Below are positions 54,756-64,000 of a stretch of 64,000 bases of DNA, piece by piece. Source of the stretch: Escherichia coli. GTDB lineage: Bacteria; Pseudomonadota; Gammaproteobacteria; Enterobacterales; Enterobacteriaceae. The notes under the pieces were generated by a model, which saw only the letters and a list, made by a program, of their open reading frames with translations, did not search any database and was not told the origin of the DNA. Each line of letters begins with the position of its first letter. Within the stretch, counting starts at the first letter, position 1. A program made the position numbers and the translations under genes. The stretch lies in NCBI RefSeq assembly GCF_001677475.2, contig NZ_CP015229.1; one strand, given 5' to 3'.

Positions 54756-55783
54756 CTAAATCGTTAACCGTTCACCAAAATTTGCCTGCATTGCCGGTCG
54801 ATGCAACGAGTGATGAGGTTCGCAAGAACCTGATGGATATGTTCAGGGATCGCCAGGCGTTTTCTGAGCATACCTGGAAAATGCTTCTGTCCGTTTGCCG
54901 GTCATGGGCGGCATGGTGCAAGTTGAATAACCGGAAATGGTTTCCCGCAGAACCTGAAGATGTTCGCGATTATCTTCTATATCTTCAGGCGCGCGGTCTG
55001 GCAGTAAAAACTATCCAGCAACATTTGGGCCAGCTAAACATGCTTCATCGTCGGTCCGGGCTGCCGCGACCAAGTGACAGCAATGCTGTTTCACTGGTTA
55101 TGCGGCGGATCCGAAAAGAAAACGTTGATGCCGGTGAACGTGCAAAACAGGCACTAGCGTTCGAACGCACTGATTTCGACCAGGTTCGTTCACTCATGGA
55201 AAATAGCGATCGCTGCCAGGATATACGTAATCTGGCATTTCTGGGGATTGCTTATAACACCCTGTTACGTATAGCCGAAATTGCCAGGATCAGGGTTAAA
55301 GATATCTCACGTACTGACGGTGGGAGAATGTTAATCCATATTGGCAGAACGAAAACGCTGGTTAGCACCGCAGGTGTAGAGAAGGCACTTAGCCTGGGGG
55401 TAACTAAACTGGTCGAGCGATGGATTTCTGTCTCTGGTGTGGCTGATGATCCGAATAACTACTTGTTTTGCCGGGTCAGAAAAAATGGTGTTGCCTCGCC
55501 ATCACCCACCAGCCAGCTATCAACTCGCGCCCTGGAAGGGATTTTTGAAGCAACTCACCGATTGATTTACGGGGCTAAGGATGACTCTGGCCAGAGGTAC
55601 CTGGCCTGGTCTGGACACAGTGCCCGTGTCGGAGCCGCGCGAGATATGGCCCGTGCCGGAGTTTCAATACCGGAGATCATGCAAGCTGGTGGCTGGACCA
55701 ACGTAAATATTGTCATGAACTATATCCGTAACCTGGATAGTGAAACAGGGGCAATGGTGCGCCTGCTGGAAGATGGCGATTAG
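54752..55783 (+). CDS. cre: Cre tyrosine recombinase
   Basis: 343 aa; sequence from LTVHQNLPALPVD onward matches Cre as recalled. Confidence 0.97.
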   Translation: MTKSLTVHQNLPALPVDATSDEVRKNLMDMFRDRQAFSEHTWKMLLSVCRSWAAWCKLNNRKWFPAEPEDVRDYLLYLQARGLAVKTIQQHLGQLNMLHRRSGLPRPSDSNAVSLVMRRIRKENVDAGERAKQALAFERTDFDQVRSLMENSDRCQDIRNLAFLGIAYNTLLRIAEIARIRVKDISRTDGGRMLIHIGRTKTLVSTAGVEKALSLGVTKLVERWISVSGVADDPNNYLFCRVRKNGVASPSPTSQLSTRALEGIFEATHRLIYGAKDDSGQRYLAWSGHSARVGAARDMARAGVSIPEIMQAGGWTNVNIVMNYIRNLDSETGAMVRLLEDGD

Positions 55784-55800
55784 CCATTAATGCGTAAATG

Positions 55801-55817
55801 ATTGCTCTAATTCTTTG
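55801..55817. promoter_or_regulatory. C1 operator-like site
   Basis: attgctctaattctttg. Confidence 0.5.
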
Positions 55818-55833
55818 ATATTTATGGTGACAT

Positions 55834-56145
55834 ATGAGAAAGGATTTCAACATCGACGGAAAATATGTAGTGCTGTCTGTAAGCACTAATATTCAGTCGC
55901 CAGCCGTCATTGTCACTGTAAAGCTGAGCGATAGAATGCCTGATATTGACTCAATATCCGTTGCGTTTCCTGTCAAAAGTATGCGTAGTGCTGAACATTT
56001 CGTGATGAATGCCACCGAGGAAGAAGCACGGCGCGGTTTTGCTAAAGTGATGTCTGAGTTTGGCGAACTCTTGGGTAAGGTTAACAATGTCCTTTCAATC
56101 AGTTCAGCAAGGTCCAAAGCGTTAACAGCTTCCATGATGAAATAA
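55834..56145 (+). CDS. cra: hypothetical protein (P1 cra position)
   Basis: 103 aa ORF immediately after cre. Confidence 0.5.
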   Translation: MRKDFNIDGKYVVLSVSTNIQSPAVIVTVKLSDRMPDIDSISVAFPVKSMRSAEHFVMNATEEEARRGFAKVMSEFGELLGKVNNVLSISSARSKALTASMMK

Positions 56146-56277
56146 AAAAAAGCTTGGCAAGGAGCCAGGCTGCACAAAAGAGCGGGTTTGTATTCCGCAT
56201 CCAATCAATCAAGAAGGAGTATAGCACACTGGTACTGAAGTGAAAAAATGTGATTCGCGATAAACAAAATATCTATC

Positions 56278-56294
56278 ATTGCTCTAATTGATTG
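56278..56294. promoter_or_regulatory. C1 operator upstream of ref
   Basis: attgctctaattgattg. Confidence 0.55.
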
Positions 56295-56392
56295 CTATAA
56301 TTGAGCCGCGGTTTTTGTCAACTACGAAGACGAGCCATTACTTAACTCCTTGACATCATAGGCGGCCATTAGGCCGCCTTTTTTTTGACCAT

Positions 56393-56953
56393 ATGAAAAC
56401 AATCGAACAAAAAATTGAACAGTGCCGCAAGTGGCAGAAGGCAGCCAGAGAACGAGCGATCGCTCGGCAACGGGAGAAGTTGGCTGATCCGGTCTGGCGA
56501 GAATCTCAATATCAGAAAATGCGAGATACTATCGACCGCCGTATCGCTAAACAGAAAGAGCGCCCACCAGCCAGCAAAACGCGGAAAAGCGCGGTAAAAA
56601 TAAAATCTCGTGGCTTGAAGGGGAGAACACCAACGGCGGAGGAACGGCGCATCGCCAATGCTCTTGGCGCTCTCCCCTGCATTGCCTGCTATATGCATGG
56701 AGTAATATCTAATGAGGTGTCTCTGCACCATATCGCCGGTCGTACCGCGCCGGGTTGTCATAAAAAGCAATTGCCACTTTGTAGATGGCACCACCAGCAT
56801 GCAGCTCCGGCTGAAGTAAGAGAAAAATACCCCTGGCTGGTCCCTGTTCATGCCGATGGTGTGGTTGGAGGCAAGAAAGAATTCACCTTGCTGAACAAGT
56901 CAGAGATGGAGTTGCTGGCTGACGCCTATGAAATGGCAAACATCATGCACTAA
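56393..56953 (+). CDS. ref: Ref recombination-enhancement HNH endonuclease
   Basis: 186 aa; HNH-like CIACYMHG...HHIAG...CRWHH; position after cre/cra. Confidence 0.85.
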   Translation: MKTIEQKIEQCRKWQKAARERAIARQREKLADPVWRESQYQKMRDTIDRRIAKQKERPPASKTRKSAVKIKSRGLKGRTPTAEERRIANALGALPCIACYMHGVISNEVSLHHIAGRTAPGCHKKQLPLCRWHHQHAAPAEVREKYPWLVPVHADGVVGGKKEFTLLNKSEMELLADAYEMANIMH

Positions 56954-57114
56954 TAAATATATTATTTTTAATCTTAAATGATTGACAACTGACAAGTGAC
57001 TTGAGTCAGAATCATCACACGCCCGGTACGGATGGATCCCTTTTCAAATATTCCATGGACGGCACAGTCTGAGTACCGGGCGCTACCTTCAGTTGTATTG
57101 CTAAGCCGCCGCTG

Positions 57115-57783
57115 GTGGCTTTTCTTTTTGTAGGGGGAGCTATGGATAAGAAAATATGCGTTGTTTCGATGAACGTCGGCAAACCGGCGTCAATGACTGC
57201 TGCATGGATCAACAACGAGCTGATAATGGCTGAGCGGACCAGCTACCCTGAACGCCGCCGCGACATGGAACTCCAGCTGCTGCGCGAATTGCGAGAAAAA
57301 GAGGAAAAGGGTTTTATCGTGCTGGTGGAAGAGGAAAACAGCTTTATTACTGGTCGAGTTGGCCAGCGTGTAAGGTTGCGCGATCCCTTCATGAACGGCA
57401 GGCCGGTACTGATTGAAGCAATGCAGATTTACAAGGAGCTGGAACGCCAGAAAGCGATCAAGTTACCACGCAAGGAGTCCGGCAAGTACATTCTCCATCA
57501 AAGCATCTTCGATTCCGAACACGACAAAAAAGGCGATGAATTTTTCAACATCAACTGGAGCGAAATAACCACAGAGCACGTTCTGACGCTACTATGTTGC
57601 TTTGCAACGGAATACAACAACGTGGTGAGCGCGCACTACATTCAGGCAATGGCTGGTAGGATTAATACGCAGCGTGAGCCCTCGCTGATAGAGCCATTCA
57701 TCAATATTATTAATGCTACTCAACGAATGGGAGAAACACGTGTGCCGCAAGGCTTACTCACAGGTAAATATGATTACCTTTAA
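57115..57783 (+). CDS. hypothetical protein (P1 mat position; start may be internal)
   Basis: 222 aa ORF following ref. Confidence 0.45.
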   Translation: MAFLFVGGAMDKKICVVSMNVGKPASMTAAWINNELIMAERTSYPERRRDMELQLLRELREKEEKGFIVLVEEENSFITGRVGQRVRLRDPFMNGRPVLIEAMQIYKELERQKAIKLPRKESGKYILHQSIFDSEHDKKGDEFFNINWSEITTEHVLTLLCCFATEYNNVVSAHYIQAMAGRINTQREPSLIEPFINIINATQRMGETRVPQGLLTGKYDYL

Positions 57784-58267
57784 TTTCAAACTTATTACAC
57801 CAAGCAGCTAATTACAAATTACTACTTAAGGTAACCAAAAATTATTATTTGCAAAACACATAAAAAACAAAAACAAAACAATAAAAAACACAAATTAACA
57901 TCAACACCAAATGAAGACATTTTACTAACCAAGCCTCAGCATCTATTACCAGTAGATATAAAGGTGATAAATGGAGGAATTAATAGCACGCATATTAAGC
58001 TGGTTGTTTCATAATCAATAATTGAATAATAATTCAATGCGTCTCCATGATTTTTATGTAACGATGCACATTAATCGCATATATTTGTTGAATGATTTTC
58101 ATTTGAAATTTATTTAAAGTGAATAATTGATTTATTCAACCTCCTTATTTATTATTTTTCCGATTTTGTGCAGCGAAATGCATGAATATTTGCGAGAACA
58201 TAATCACACAGTAAACTAAAACATCTGTTATTATAAATCCGGATAATGTATAAACTCGAGGTTATCT

Positions 58268-61200
58268 ATGTCACTTTCTGTTTATAATAATAAAAAAAAT
58301 AGCTCTTCAGGGGGGAACTCTCCTCGCTTGACCCTACTGGCAGCTATAATCGGCGCATTATTTTCAAATGCTTACGCTTCAACAACTGCTATTAAAATTG
58401 ATAATGATGTTCAAGTTAATAAAGATAACCTCGATATTAATACGGGCAGTAATACAGGAAGTAATGGATATGCGATCTCTGTCACAAATTCAGGTGAACT
58501 AACTACCGAAGGTACAGTGACGTTATCTACAGAAGGTGATAAGGCAAACGGAGTTAATATATCCAGTGGGTCTAAAATTAACTCTCAAGGTGGGATTACA
58601 ATAACCACAAAAGGCAAAAACGCCTCTGGCATTTCACTTGATAATAATTCTTCAATGACTATCGCTAACGGTATGTCAATTACAACAAGTGGGATAAACG
58701 CTACAGGGATTAATGTTGACAAATCTTCACTAACTGTTGAACAAGGTGATATTAACACATCTGGTGTAAATGCTAGTGGTGTTTCTATTTTAAATGGAGG
58801 CCAAGCCAGTTTAAATAAAGTTAACATTACCACATCTGGAGATAATGCCAGAGGTATTGTTAGCTCTGGCATAAATAGCAAAATAGTAATTAGCGACTCA
58901 ACCATTACCACTCTGGGGGATAAAAAACCATCACAAGCATGGGGAGCTCGTGGCATATCTGCCGAAAACAACGGTTATGTTTCACTAACAAATACGCAGA
59001 TTAAAACTGATGGAACAGGGGCTTGGGGAGTATCTGCATCGTCAGCTGGCTCAGCTGAATTAGCTGATGTTCATATTTCCACTTCAGGCCAAAATGGCTA
59101 TGGTTTACGTGCAGATGGCAATAACTCTAGTATATCTGTATCTAAAGGACTCCAGGTAACCACTTCTGGCAAACAAGCTCATGCCGTAACTGCCTCTAAT
59201 AATGGGAATATAAATCTTGGAGTAAATGCATCTCTTGAAACATCAGGGACGCAGGCTAATACCATCCATATCACCGGTGGTAATGGTGGTATAATAACGG
59301 GTGATAGTATCTCAATAAAAACAAATGGCACATCAGCCAAAGGTATATATGTTACGGCTTTAAATCCCTCAGACTCAGCACCTGATTCACGCGTAGAGCT
59401 GACGGGAACATCAACAATCGCCACATTAGGTGATCAGTCAATAGGTGTGTGGGGGCATGGTAAAGTAGCTGATATTAGCTTCGAGCAAATAGCTATTAAT
59501 ACAGCCGGTACTGACTCATACGGTATAAATGCACAAAATGAAGCCACTGTTAATGCCCATACAGCCCAGATTATTACTAAGGGGCTAAACTCATATGGAG
59601 CAACAGCAAATTCAGCTGCAAAAATTACACTTGGTTCTGGTTCATCGATTACAACAAGCGGTGATTATGCTCATGGAATATGGGTCAGTGATGACAATAC
59701 AGTTATTAGTGGCAATAATGCATCCATTCATGTATCAGGAAAAGAGGCTGACTCTGTAGTCGCTGCCAATAATGCAAAAGTTGAGCTTACCCAAGAGAAT
59801 GGGGTGATGATTAGCGAAACTAGATATAACTTTAATGCTAATGGTGGTGCTATTTCCGCCACGTTAGATGGCAGCCAAATAAAGAATAACGGCACATTCA
59901 TCTTCTCAACCAGTAATGATGCCGGTGTGGGAGGGAACGTTGATGTTACAGTCAAGAATACTTCCTTTAATGGCGATATTCGCGCTGATAGTAACAGTAT
60001 TGCCAATCTTTCATTAGAAAATTCCAACTGGACTGGAACCGCGTATAATGGTGGCATTGTTAATTTAGCTAAAAACAGCATCTGGAATATGGTTAGCGAT
60101 TCGGATGTTGCTCATCTTAATAATAATGGCTCTATATATTTGGGCAGCGATGCAAAAAACACTTTAACAATTAATGGTGATTATACTGGCGAAAATGGCT
60201 ATATCTACTTTTCAGGCGTTCTTGGTGACGACACATCTCCAATCGATAAGTTGGTTGTAAAAGGAAATACAGAGGGTAAAACCTTTGTTTCCGTAAACAA
60301 CGTTGGTGGTATTGGGGCACAAACACTCAATGGCATCAACATTATCCAGGTTGATGGTCAATCTAACGGTGACTTTGTACAAGTTGGCCGAATTGCGGCT
60401 GGTGCTTATGATTACACTCTTGGGCGGGGGCAAGGCGATAAAAATGGCAACTGGTACCTAACTAGTGGCAAACAACCTGAGGATCCAACTCCGAACCCGG
60501 ACCCGGAGCCAAATCCGACCCCAACACCAGGTGACAATGATCTTCGCCCAGAAGCTGGTAGCTATACGGCAAACATTGCTGCTGCAAATACTATGTTCGT
60601 GACTCGCCTACACGAACGTCAGGGGCAAATGCAGTATACCGATGTGATTACCGGTGAATTGAAAACTACAAGCATGTGGATGCGTCATGAGGGTGGACAC
60701 AATCGCTGGCGCGACGGAAGCAACCAGTTAAAAACACAAAGCAACCGTTATGTTATGCAACTGGGCGGCGATATAGCACAGTGGGGTTGGAATAAAACGG
60801 ATCGCTGGCATCTTGGCTTAATGGCCGGATACGGTAATGACCACAATAATACAGAATCTGTGCGCACAGGATATCGTTCAAAAGGTAGTGTGAATGGTTA
60901 CAGCACTGGGCTGTATGCCACCTGGTATGCCAATGATGAAACACATAACGGGGCTTACCTAGACTCTTGGGCACAGTACAGCTGGTTTGATAACTATGTT
61001 AAAGGTGATGGATTGCAGAGTGAATCCTGGAAATCAAAAGGACTTACTGCATCACTGGAAACTGGTTATACCTGGAAGGCTGGTGAGTTTACGGGCAGCC
61101 AAGGTGGTTTGAATGAGTGGTATGTCCAGCCTCAGGCTCAGGTCATCTGGATGGGTGTTAAAGCGGACGAACATCGCGAAAGCAACGGTACCCGTGTTGA

Positions 61201-61522
61201 AAGCACCGGAGATGGTAATGTCCGTACCCGTCTGGGCGTGAAAACATGGATTAAAAGCCACAGTCGTATAGATGAAGGCAAATCCCGGGAATTCAGCCCA
61301 TTTGTGGAAGTGAACTGGCTGCATAACACCCGTGATTTTGGTACTCGTATGAATGGTGTGACGGTACATCAGGACGGTGCCCGTAATATCGGAGAAATAA
61401 AAACCGGTGTTGAGGGGCAGATAAATTCCAGACTGAACCTGTGGGGGAATGTAGGTGTTCAAGTCGGTGACAAAGGGTATAACGACACATCTGCAATGTT
61501 GGGTGTGAAGTATACCTTCTGA
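58268..61522 (+). CDS. type Va autotransporter (adhesin-like passenger plus C-terminal beta-barrel)
   Basis: 1084 aa; extended signal peptide; repetitive G/N/S/T-rich beta-helix-like passenger; Pro-rich linker PNPDPEPNPTPTPG; C-terminus ends KYTF; AT-rich upstream region. Confidence 0.85.
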   Translation: MSLSVYNNKKNSSSGGNSPRLTLLAAIIGALFSNAYASTTAIKIDNDVQVNKDNLDINTGSNTGSNGYAISVTNSGELTTEGTVTLSTEGDKANGVNISSGSKINSQGGITITTKGKNASGISLDNNSSMTIANGMSITTSGINATGINVDKSSLTVEQGDINTSGVNASGVSILNGGQASLNKVNITTSGDNARGIVSSGINSKIVISDSTITTLGDKKPSQAWGARGISAENNGYVSLTNTQIKTDGTGAWGVSASSAGSAELADVHISTSGQNGYGLRADGNNSSISVSKGLQVTTSGKQAHAVTASNNGNINLGVNASLETSGTQANTIHITGGNGGIITGDSISIKTNGTSAKGIYVTALNPSDSAPDSRVELTGTSTIATLGDQSIGVWGHGKVADISFEQIAINTAGTDSYGINAQNEATVNAHTAQIITKGLNSYGATANSAAKITLGSGSSITTSGDYAHGIWVSDDNTVISGNNASIHVSGKEADSVVAANNAKVELTQENGVMISETRYNFNANGGAISATLDGSQIKNNGTFIFSTSNDAGVGGNVDVTVKNTSFNGDIRADSNSIANLSLENSNWTGTAYNGGIVNLAKNSIWNMVSDSDVAHLNNNGSIYLGSDAKNTLTINGDYTGENGYIYFSGVLGDDTSPIDKLVVKGNTEGKTFVSVNNVGGIGAQTLNGINIIQVDGQSNGDFVQVGRIAAGAYDYTLGRGQGDKNGNWYLTSGKQPEDPTPNPDPEPNPTPTPGDNDLRPEAGSYTANIAAANTMFVTRLHERQGQMQYTDVITGELKTTSMWMRHEGGHNRWRDGSNQLKTQSNRYVMQLGGDIAQWGWNKTDRWHLGLMAGYGNDHNNTESVRTGYRSKGSVNGYSTGLYATWYANDETHNGAYLDSWAQYSWFDNYVKGDGLQSESWKSKGLTASLETGYTWKAGEFTGSQGGLNEWYVQPQAQVIWMGVKADEHRESNGTRVESTGDGNVRTRLGVKTWIKSHSRIDEGKSREFSPFVEVNWLHNTRDFGTRMNGVTVHQDGARNIGEIKTGVEGQINSRLNLWGNVGVQVGDKGYNDTSAMLGVKYTF

Positions 61523-61626
61523 ACTAAATAGCATCTAAGAACAAAGAGCAGAACCATGGATGGACTGCTCTTTACCATGACACCGATATTCCATTATTTC
61601 TATCTTTTGATATATATATTAACAAA

Positions 61627-61971
61627 ATGAATAATAAAAAAGAAACTTGTTATATAAAAGCACATATAGAAAGGCATGATATTACAGTTCATGTGTGGAT
61701 ATCTGCATCATTGACAGAAGCTGAATGCAGCGTACTTGAGTTATTATTAAAGGGATATAATATCACTCAGATATCAAAGTCCCGATTTCGCAGCATTAAA
61801 ACAGTTTCTTTTCAGAAATACAAAATATACAAAAAGTTAGGAATTCATAATGACATCACATTCTGGGTAGATATTTCATTATCCCCTTATGTGAGAATAA
61901 AGTTCTCCGGTAAAGATAGTACGTTCAAGAAATGTATATTACCATGTCCTAATTACATCTCGATGCAGTGA
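61627..61971 (+). CDS. small LuxR/GerE-type HTH protein
   Basis: 114 aa; LTEAECSVLELLLKGYNITQISK; AT-rich. Confidence 0.5.
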   Translation: MNNKKETCYIKAHIERHDITVHVWISASLTEAECSVLELLLKGYNITQISKSRFRSIKTVSFQKYKIYKKLGIHNDITFWVDISLSPYVRIKFSGKDSTFKKCILPCPNYISMQ

Positions 61972-62111
61972 TAACTGCACTCAAACAATATCTACCTATA
62001 CAATATAAATACTCCATGACCAAGAAACGCATGAAGATATGGAACTTCACAAGTTTGCTCTTCATGGAGTATGGCTATCAGAGGGGCCAGTAACCGCAAC
62101 CTTTAAGTATA

Positions 62112-62360
62112 TCAATCTATATTCAGGAGCAATGCATTATCTATGATGATTTGCTCCCATTCTTCGAATGCCCGGTCGCGGACGCCCTGGGGAACGCTGT
62201 TAGTTTTGAAATCGACGACCGTCCGCCATTTTCCGTCCGGACGGTACATCCGCAGAGCTTTACTTCCCCCTTCCCTGCGCACCTCAACGTTATGCTTATC
62301 AGCAAACTCTTGTAATGCTCGTAGCGTCCCATGCTTTACTGTGTAGTATCGCTTTTTCAA
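62112..62360 (-). CDS. small basic protein, possibly Lxc/Bof-like C1 co-repressor
   Basis: 82 aa; size as I recall for P1 Lxc; assignment by position only. Confidence 0.35.
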   Translation of the reverse strand: MKKRYYTVKHGTLRALQEFADKHNVEVRREGGSKALRMYRPDGKWRTVVDFKTNSVPQGVRDRAFEEWEQIIIDNALLLNID

Positions 62361-62797
62361 GTTTTCTCTCCAGCCTGTGCTAAGGCTTCAACTTCCAAAT
62401 CGTAAGACTCAAACTCATAGTCCTGGTCGTCAACCTCTTCAGGCACTGGCAGTAAATGCCAGGCTGAGTATATCTGACCATTATCAAAACGCTCCTGGCT
62501 GTAGAGCGTCGCGGCTATGAGCGTCAGCGCCGGGCGGTCATAACGGTAAATTTTGCGAACGTCACGGTCAACGAGACGACCGAAATTACCATAACCGCGC
62601 TCCAGTAATAATTTTTTAATTTCCGGCCAGTATGGGCCGTAGCTGCGGTACAGGCGGGGATTTTTCAGTAATCGCCCGCGTAGCCCTGACAGGAAGAAAT
62701 CAACGTATTCGTCTTCTGTCTTTCCTAACAACGCTGTACGGAGTACCGCCTCAAGATATGTTTTATTCGGTTTTATTGTATCAGATAGTGTGGCCAT
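62357..62797 (-). CDS. hypothetical protein
   Basis: 146 aa ORF overlapping downstream gene start. Confidence 0.45.
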   Translation of the reverse strand: MATLSDTIKPNKTYLEAVLRTALLGKTEDEYVDFFLSGLRGRLLKNPRLYRSYGPYWPEIKKLLLERGYGNFGRLVDRDVRKIYRYDRPALTLIAATLYSQERFDNGQIYSAWHLLPVPEEVDDQDYEFESYDLEVEALAQAGEKT

Positions 62798-62830
62798 ATT
62801 ATGCGACGCCCGGCGAACCGGGCGCTCCTG

Positions 62831-64000
62831 TTATGCGTATTGTTGGATGACGGCCAGAACGTCCGCCACGTTGTGTTTTGTCTCGATAATCCACCAGTTA
62901 CCCGGGAAATCGCTGTTCTTCGCCTTCGCTGGCAGCCAGCGAGCGCCGAATTTCGCCTTGATTGCGTCTTTCGCACGGAAAAGAATGCCTTTCATGCCGG
63001 ACGCCTCCTGAAGCCCAAATACCTCACCAGCGGCGAATTTTGGTGCGTACATCATCTTCAAGTCGGCGGTGGATACGCGATAATTCAGACCAAGAGACTG
63101 AGCTATGCTGGTGGCATCACCCTGTATTGATGATAACTCTTCTTGTTTCTCGTTTCTGGCGGCAATTTCTTCCTCCGTGATGTTGCCTAGGGCCAGGTTT
63201 ATCCGATCAGCGTCGGCCTGTTTCTCTTCATCAGTGCGCCCGGCAAGTGCCGTGTTAATTCTCTGCAATATCTCCACATGATTCTTGCGCATGCTGAGCA
63301 ATTCCGGCGTAACCTCGTTAAGGTCCACCAGCCCAAGAATGGCAAGGTCAGAAAACATTGATACCAGGTTGTAGGTCATGCGATAGCTGAGTTGGCCATA
63401 GGCTGATGGCAACTGCACCGAATCCATTTTATAGGCATCCATAAATTTAGAGCCTTCGTTTACGACATCCGCAATTGCAGGTGTGATTTTCCCTGTGGTG
63501 GCGGCCTCCCTGATTGCTGTTACCCACGATTGAGTCAGCGCGGCGACTGCATGATTCAGATTGGCTTTCCGTTCTGCTGCAATGCGCGCGCTTGCTGCGT
63601 CCATTGCCTGCTTGATCTCATCTTTATTGCTGTAAATGTCAATGGTGCCAAACTGTGTTGTGGTGATCTCATAATCTGACGACCGGAACTCATGGGTACC
63701 GAAAATAGCATTGGTGACCTCAAGTTCAGAATCCCCGTTACGAGTAGCCCCCTGGCTTGTTTTCTCCGGCATTCTGGCGATCGCATCCGCTATTTTCTCC
63801 TGAATTGCTTCAGGAGATAGCGTATCTCCGTATGACGCGATTACATCGCCATAATTGGAGCCAAACAGTTCAGTCAGGAATACTTCTGCCAAACGGACCT
63901 GGCGGTTATTCCCTTCCGACATCATACCAAGCACCCATTTTGCAATTGACGACTTCAGCGCGCCGTCACGGCGATCCGGGTAAACCGCATGCTTCAGTGG
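62831..64000 (-). CDS. hypothetical protein, probably 5'-truncated by window end
   Basis: ORF track gives 62831-63934 from a GTG, but the frame stays open to position 64000 with no convincing RBS. Confidence 0.45.
   Translation of the reverse strand, partial: PLKHAVYPDRRDGALKSSIAKWVLGMMSEGNNRQVRLAEVFLTELFGSNYGDVIASYGDTLSPEAIQEKIADAIARMPEKTSQGATRNGDSELEVTNAIFGTHEFRSSDYEITTTQFGTIDIYSNKDEIKQAMDAASARIAAERKANLNHAVAALTQSWVTAIREAATTGKITPAIADVVNEGSKFMDAYKMDSVQLPSAYGQLSYRMTYNLVSMFSDLAILGLVDLNEVTPELLSMRKNHVEILQRINTALAGRTDEEKQADADRINLALGNITEEEIAARNEKQEELSSIQGDATSIAQSLGLNYRVSTADLKMMYAPKFAAGEVFGLQEASGMKGILFRAKDAIKAKFGARWLPAKAKNSDFPGNWWIIETKHNVADVLAVIQQYA

Noticed and set aside
57784-58267. Possible small ORFs in the AT-rich region upstream of the autotransporter
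   Set aside because: Very AT-rich, no RBS and no conserved-looking peptide; more likely a regulatory region.
58585-61534. Antisense ORFs within the autotransporter gene
   Set aside because: Embedded in a 1084-codon ORF with clear signal peptide and beta-barrel architecture.

Overview
This 64 kb window reads as a P1-like temperate phage-plasmid (Punavirus-type) genome segment that wraps around the loxP/cre origin. Gene identities below are assigned from the supplied translations, motifs I can see in the sequence, and my recollection of phage P1 gene order; no database search was run. Recognisable backbone, in window order: immI module (c4-like RNA, icd, ant1), kilA, repL, a minus-strand virion structural operon, parS-parB-parA, incA iterons, repA, incC/oriR, a small-gene block including an RdgC homolog, a large Dcm/Dam-type methyltransferase (dmt), tRNA-Asn, tRNA-Thr, tciABC, tRNA-Ile2, ban helicase, baseplate/tail genes, humD, phd-doc, lpa, pacA (with the pac site), pacB, c1, coi, loxP, cre, cra, ref. 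At least thirteen ATTGCTCTAAT-type C1 operator matches are scattered through the window. Features that depart from what I remember of P1, or that stand out: (1) a 341-codon LAGLIDADG intein splitting the PCQ catalytic motif of dmt; (2) a second, diverged c4-like RNA / icd-like / ant-like module between pacB and c1; (3) a low-GC two-gene operon downstream of repL (DUF3800-like protein plus partner); (4) a low-GC three-gene envelope cassette divergent from immI; (5) an IS21-family element inserted with a 6-bp target duplication into a VRR-NUC gene, its own istA broken by a 53-bp tandem duplication; (6) an autotransporter plus small LuxR-type regulator where P1 carries res/mod; (7) four related long hairpin units between tRNA-Thr and tciA. 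No CRISPR array or rRNA was seen.
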